Assembly (NCBI GenBank): GCA_016214325.1
Contig: JACROS010000030.1
Coordinates: 1-45,462, forward strand
Direction of reading: 5' to 3'
Origin: Candidatus Omnitrophota bacterium
GTDB taxonomy: Bacteria; Omnitrophota; Gorgyraeia; Gygaellales; Profunditerraquicolaceae
DNA: 45,462 bases
The first letter of the stretch is position 1; each line of letters starts with the position of its first letter. Below, piece after piece: positions 44,834 to 45,462 of this stretch. The notes below the pieces were generated by a model, which was given only the letters and a program-made list of their open reading frames with translations, made no database searches and had not been told where the DNA came from. Made by a program: the position numbers and the translations under genes.

Positions 44834-44905
44834 AATAATATAGGTCTTGAGCGAGAAAGCTGAAAGTCATATTCAAATGCATATTGAAATAGAAAGGTTA
44901 AAGTT

Positions 44906-45462
44906 ATGGGAAAATTATTTGAATTAAAAAATATTCATTATTCATATTTAGGCAAGTTTCCGGCTCTTTGTGGAATTGATATGGATATAGAGAAGGGCAG
45001 TAAAATTGGCATCTTGGGAGCAAATGGCTCAGGGAAATCAACGCTTCTACAAATGTTAGACGGGCTTATTTTCCCGGACCAAGGAAGTATTAATTTTTCT
45101 GGCAGGGATTTGAGCGAAAGAGCGTTTCAAGAAGAAGAGTTTATGCGTTTTTTCCGTTCTAAGGTTGGCTTTGTGTTTCAGAATCCGGAGGTTCAGTTGT
45201 TTTGCCCGACGGTAGAAGAAGATATTGTGTTTGGGCCATTGCAGCTTGGTATGGACAAAATAGAAATTAAGAAACGCTTGGCTAATCTGGTGGATTTGCT
45301 TAATATTTCTAATTTATTGGAAAGGCCGCCTTTTCGTTTGAGTATAGGGGAGAAGCGTAAAGTTGCTATTGCCTCAACCTTAATTATGTCTCCTGAAGTT
45401 TTAATCTTGGATGAACCTACAGCAGGGCTTGATCCATTAACCAGCCGTCAAATTGTAGATAT
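44906..45462 (+). CDS. cbiO: ECF transporter ATPase component CbiO/EcfA (3' end outside window)
   Basis: ATG 44906, MGKLFELKNIHYSY. Walker A GANGSGKST, Q-loop FQNPEVQLF, signature-like LSIGEKRKV, Walker B ILDEPTAGLD. No stop before the window end, so the ORF is absent from the supplied track. Confidence 0.85.
   Translation, partial: MGKLFELKNIHYSYLGKFPALCGIDMDIEKGSKIGILGANGSGKSTLLQMLDGLIFPDQGSINFSGRDLSERAFQEEEFMRFFRSKVGFVFQNPEVQLFCPTVEEDIVFGPLQLGMDKIEIKKRLANLVDLLNISNLLERPPFRLSIGEKRKVAIASTLIMSPEVLILDEPTAGLDPLTSRQIVD

Noticed and set aside
44406-44852. 8-nt direct repeat TCTTGAGC (44406-44413 and 44845-44852) as a target-site duplication flanking the repeat region
   Set aside because: The right-hand copy is 11 nt away from the end of repeat C rather than flush. 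The left-hand copy overlaps the repeat itself (TGAGC is part of the A/B consensus). A TSD therefore cannot be asserted.

Overview
Visibly AT-rich, gene-dense bacterial chromosome segment. Nearly all genes are on the + strand, many with 1-4 nt or longer start/stop overlaps; phylum cannot be assigned from sequence alone.

Functional blocks:
1. 1-22.2 kb: one long co-directional surface-glycan (EPS/O-antigen-like) locus. It holds a BY-kinase (5' truncated by the window), a Wzy/ligase-like protein, a MurJ-type flippase, three SAM methyltransferases and a deacetylase-like protein. It also holds two GT2, five GT4 and two GT-C (ArnT/PMT-like) transferases, a DegT-like aminotransferase, a radical SAM/SPASM enzyme, a secreted PHP-like protein and a REC + degenerate HD-GYP pair. 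A strong intrinsic terminator closes it at 22250-22299.
2. 22.3-29.9 kb: sensory block. OM beta-barrel, CHASE4-PAS sensor without output domain, orphan PotD-like binding protein, Cache-HAMP-PAS histidine kinase with a degenerate GGDEF tail, and two CheY-like receivers.
3. 29.9-34.2 kb: isoprenoid/quinone block (ispH, polyprenyl synthase, MenA-like prenyltransferase, NDH-2, DoxX).
4. 34.2-37.1 kb: NikR-linked Ni/Co uptake (nikR, OM barrel, cbiM/nikM, PDGLE protein, hypA) with two NikR-box-like sites.
5. 37.2-43.6 kb: thyX + glycine cleavage (gcvT, H, PA, PB) + lipoylation (lplA-like, lipA).
6. 43.6-45.5 kb: cbiQ, a 520-bp GC-rich repeat-laden spacer, and cbiO (3' truncated).

Most unusual observations:
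- The spacer between cbiQ and cbiO carries three copies of a ~49-nt repeat (two direct, one inverted) that fold into long hairpins. This is a MITE-like element or structured RNA that I cannot assign to a known family.
- The Ni/Co ECF transporter genes are split, M/N at 35.7-36.7 kb and Q/O at 43.6-45.5 kb.
- ispH, gcvT, the lplA-like gene and the HD-GYP gene all lack internal catalytic-core segments, two of them with frameshifts.

No rRNA, tRNA, CRISPR array, transposase or recognisable defence gene was seen.
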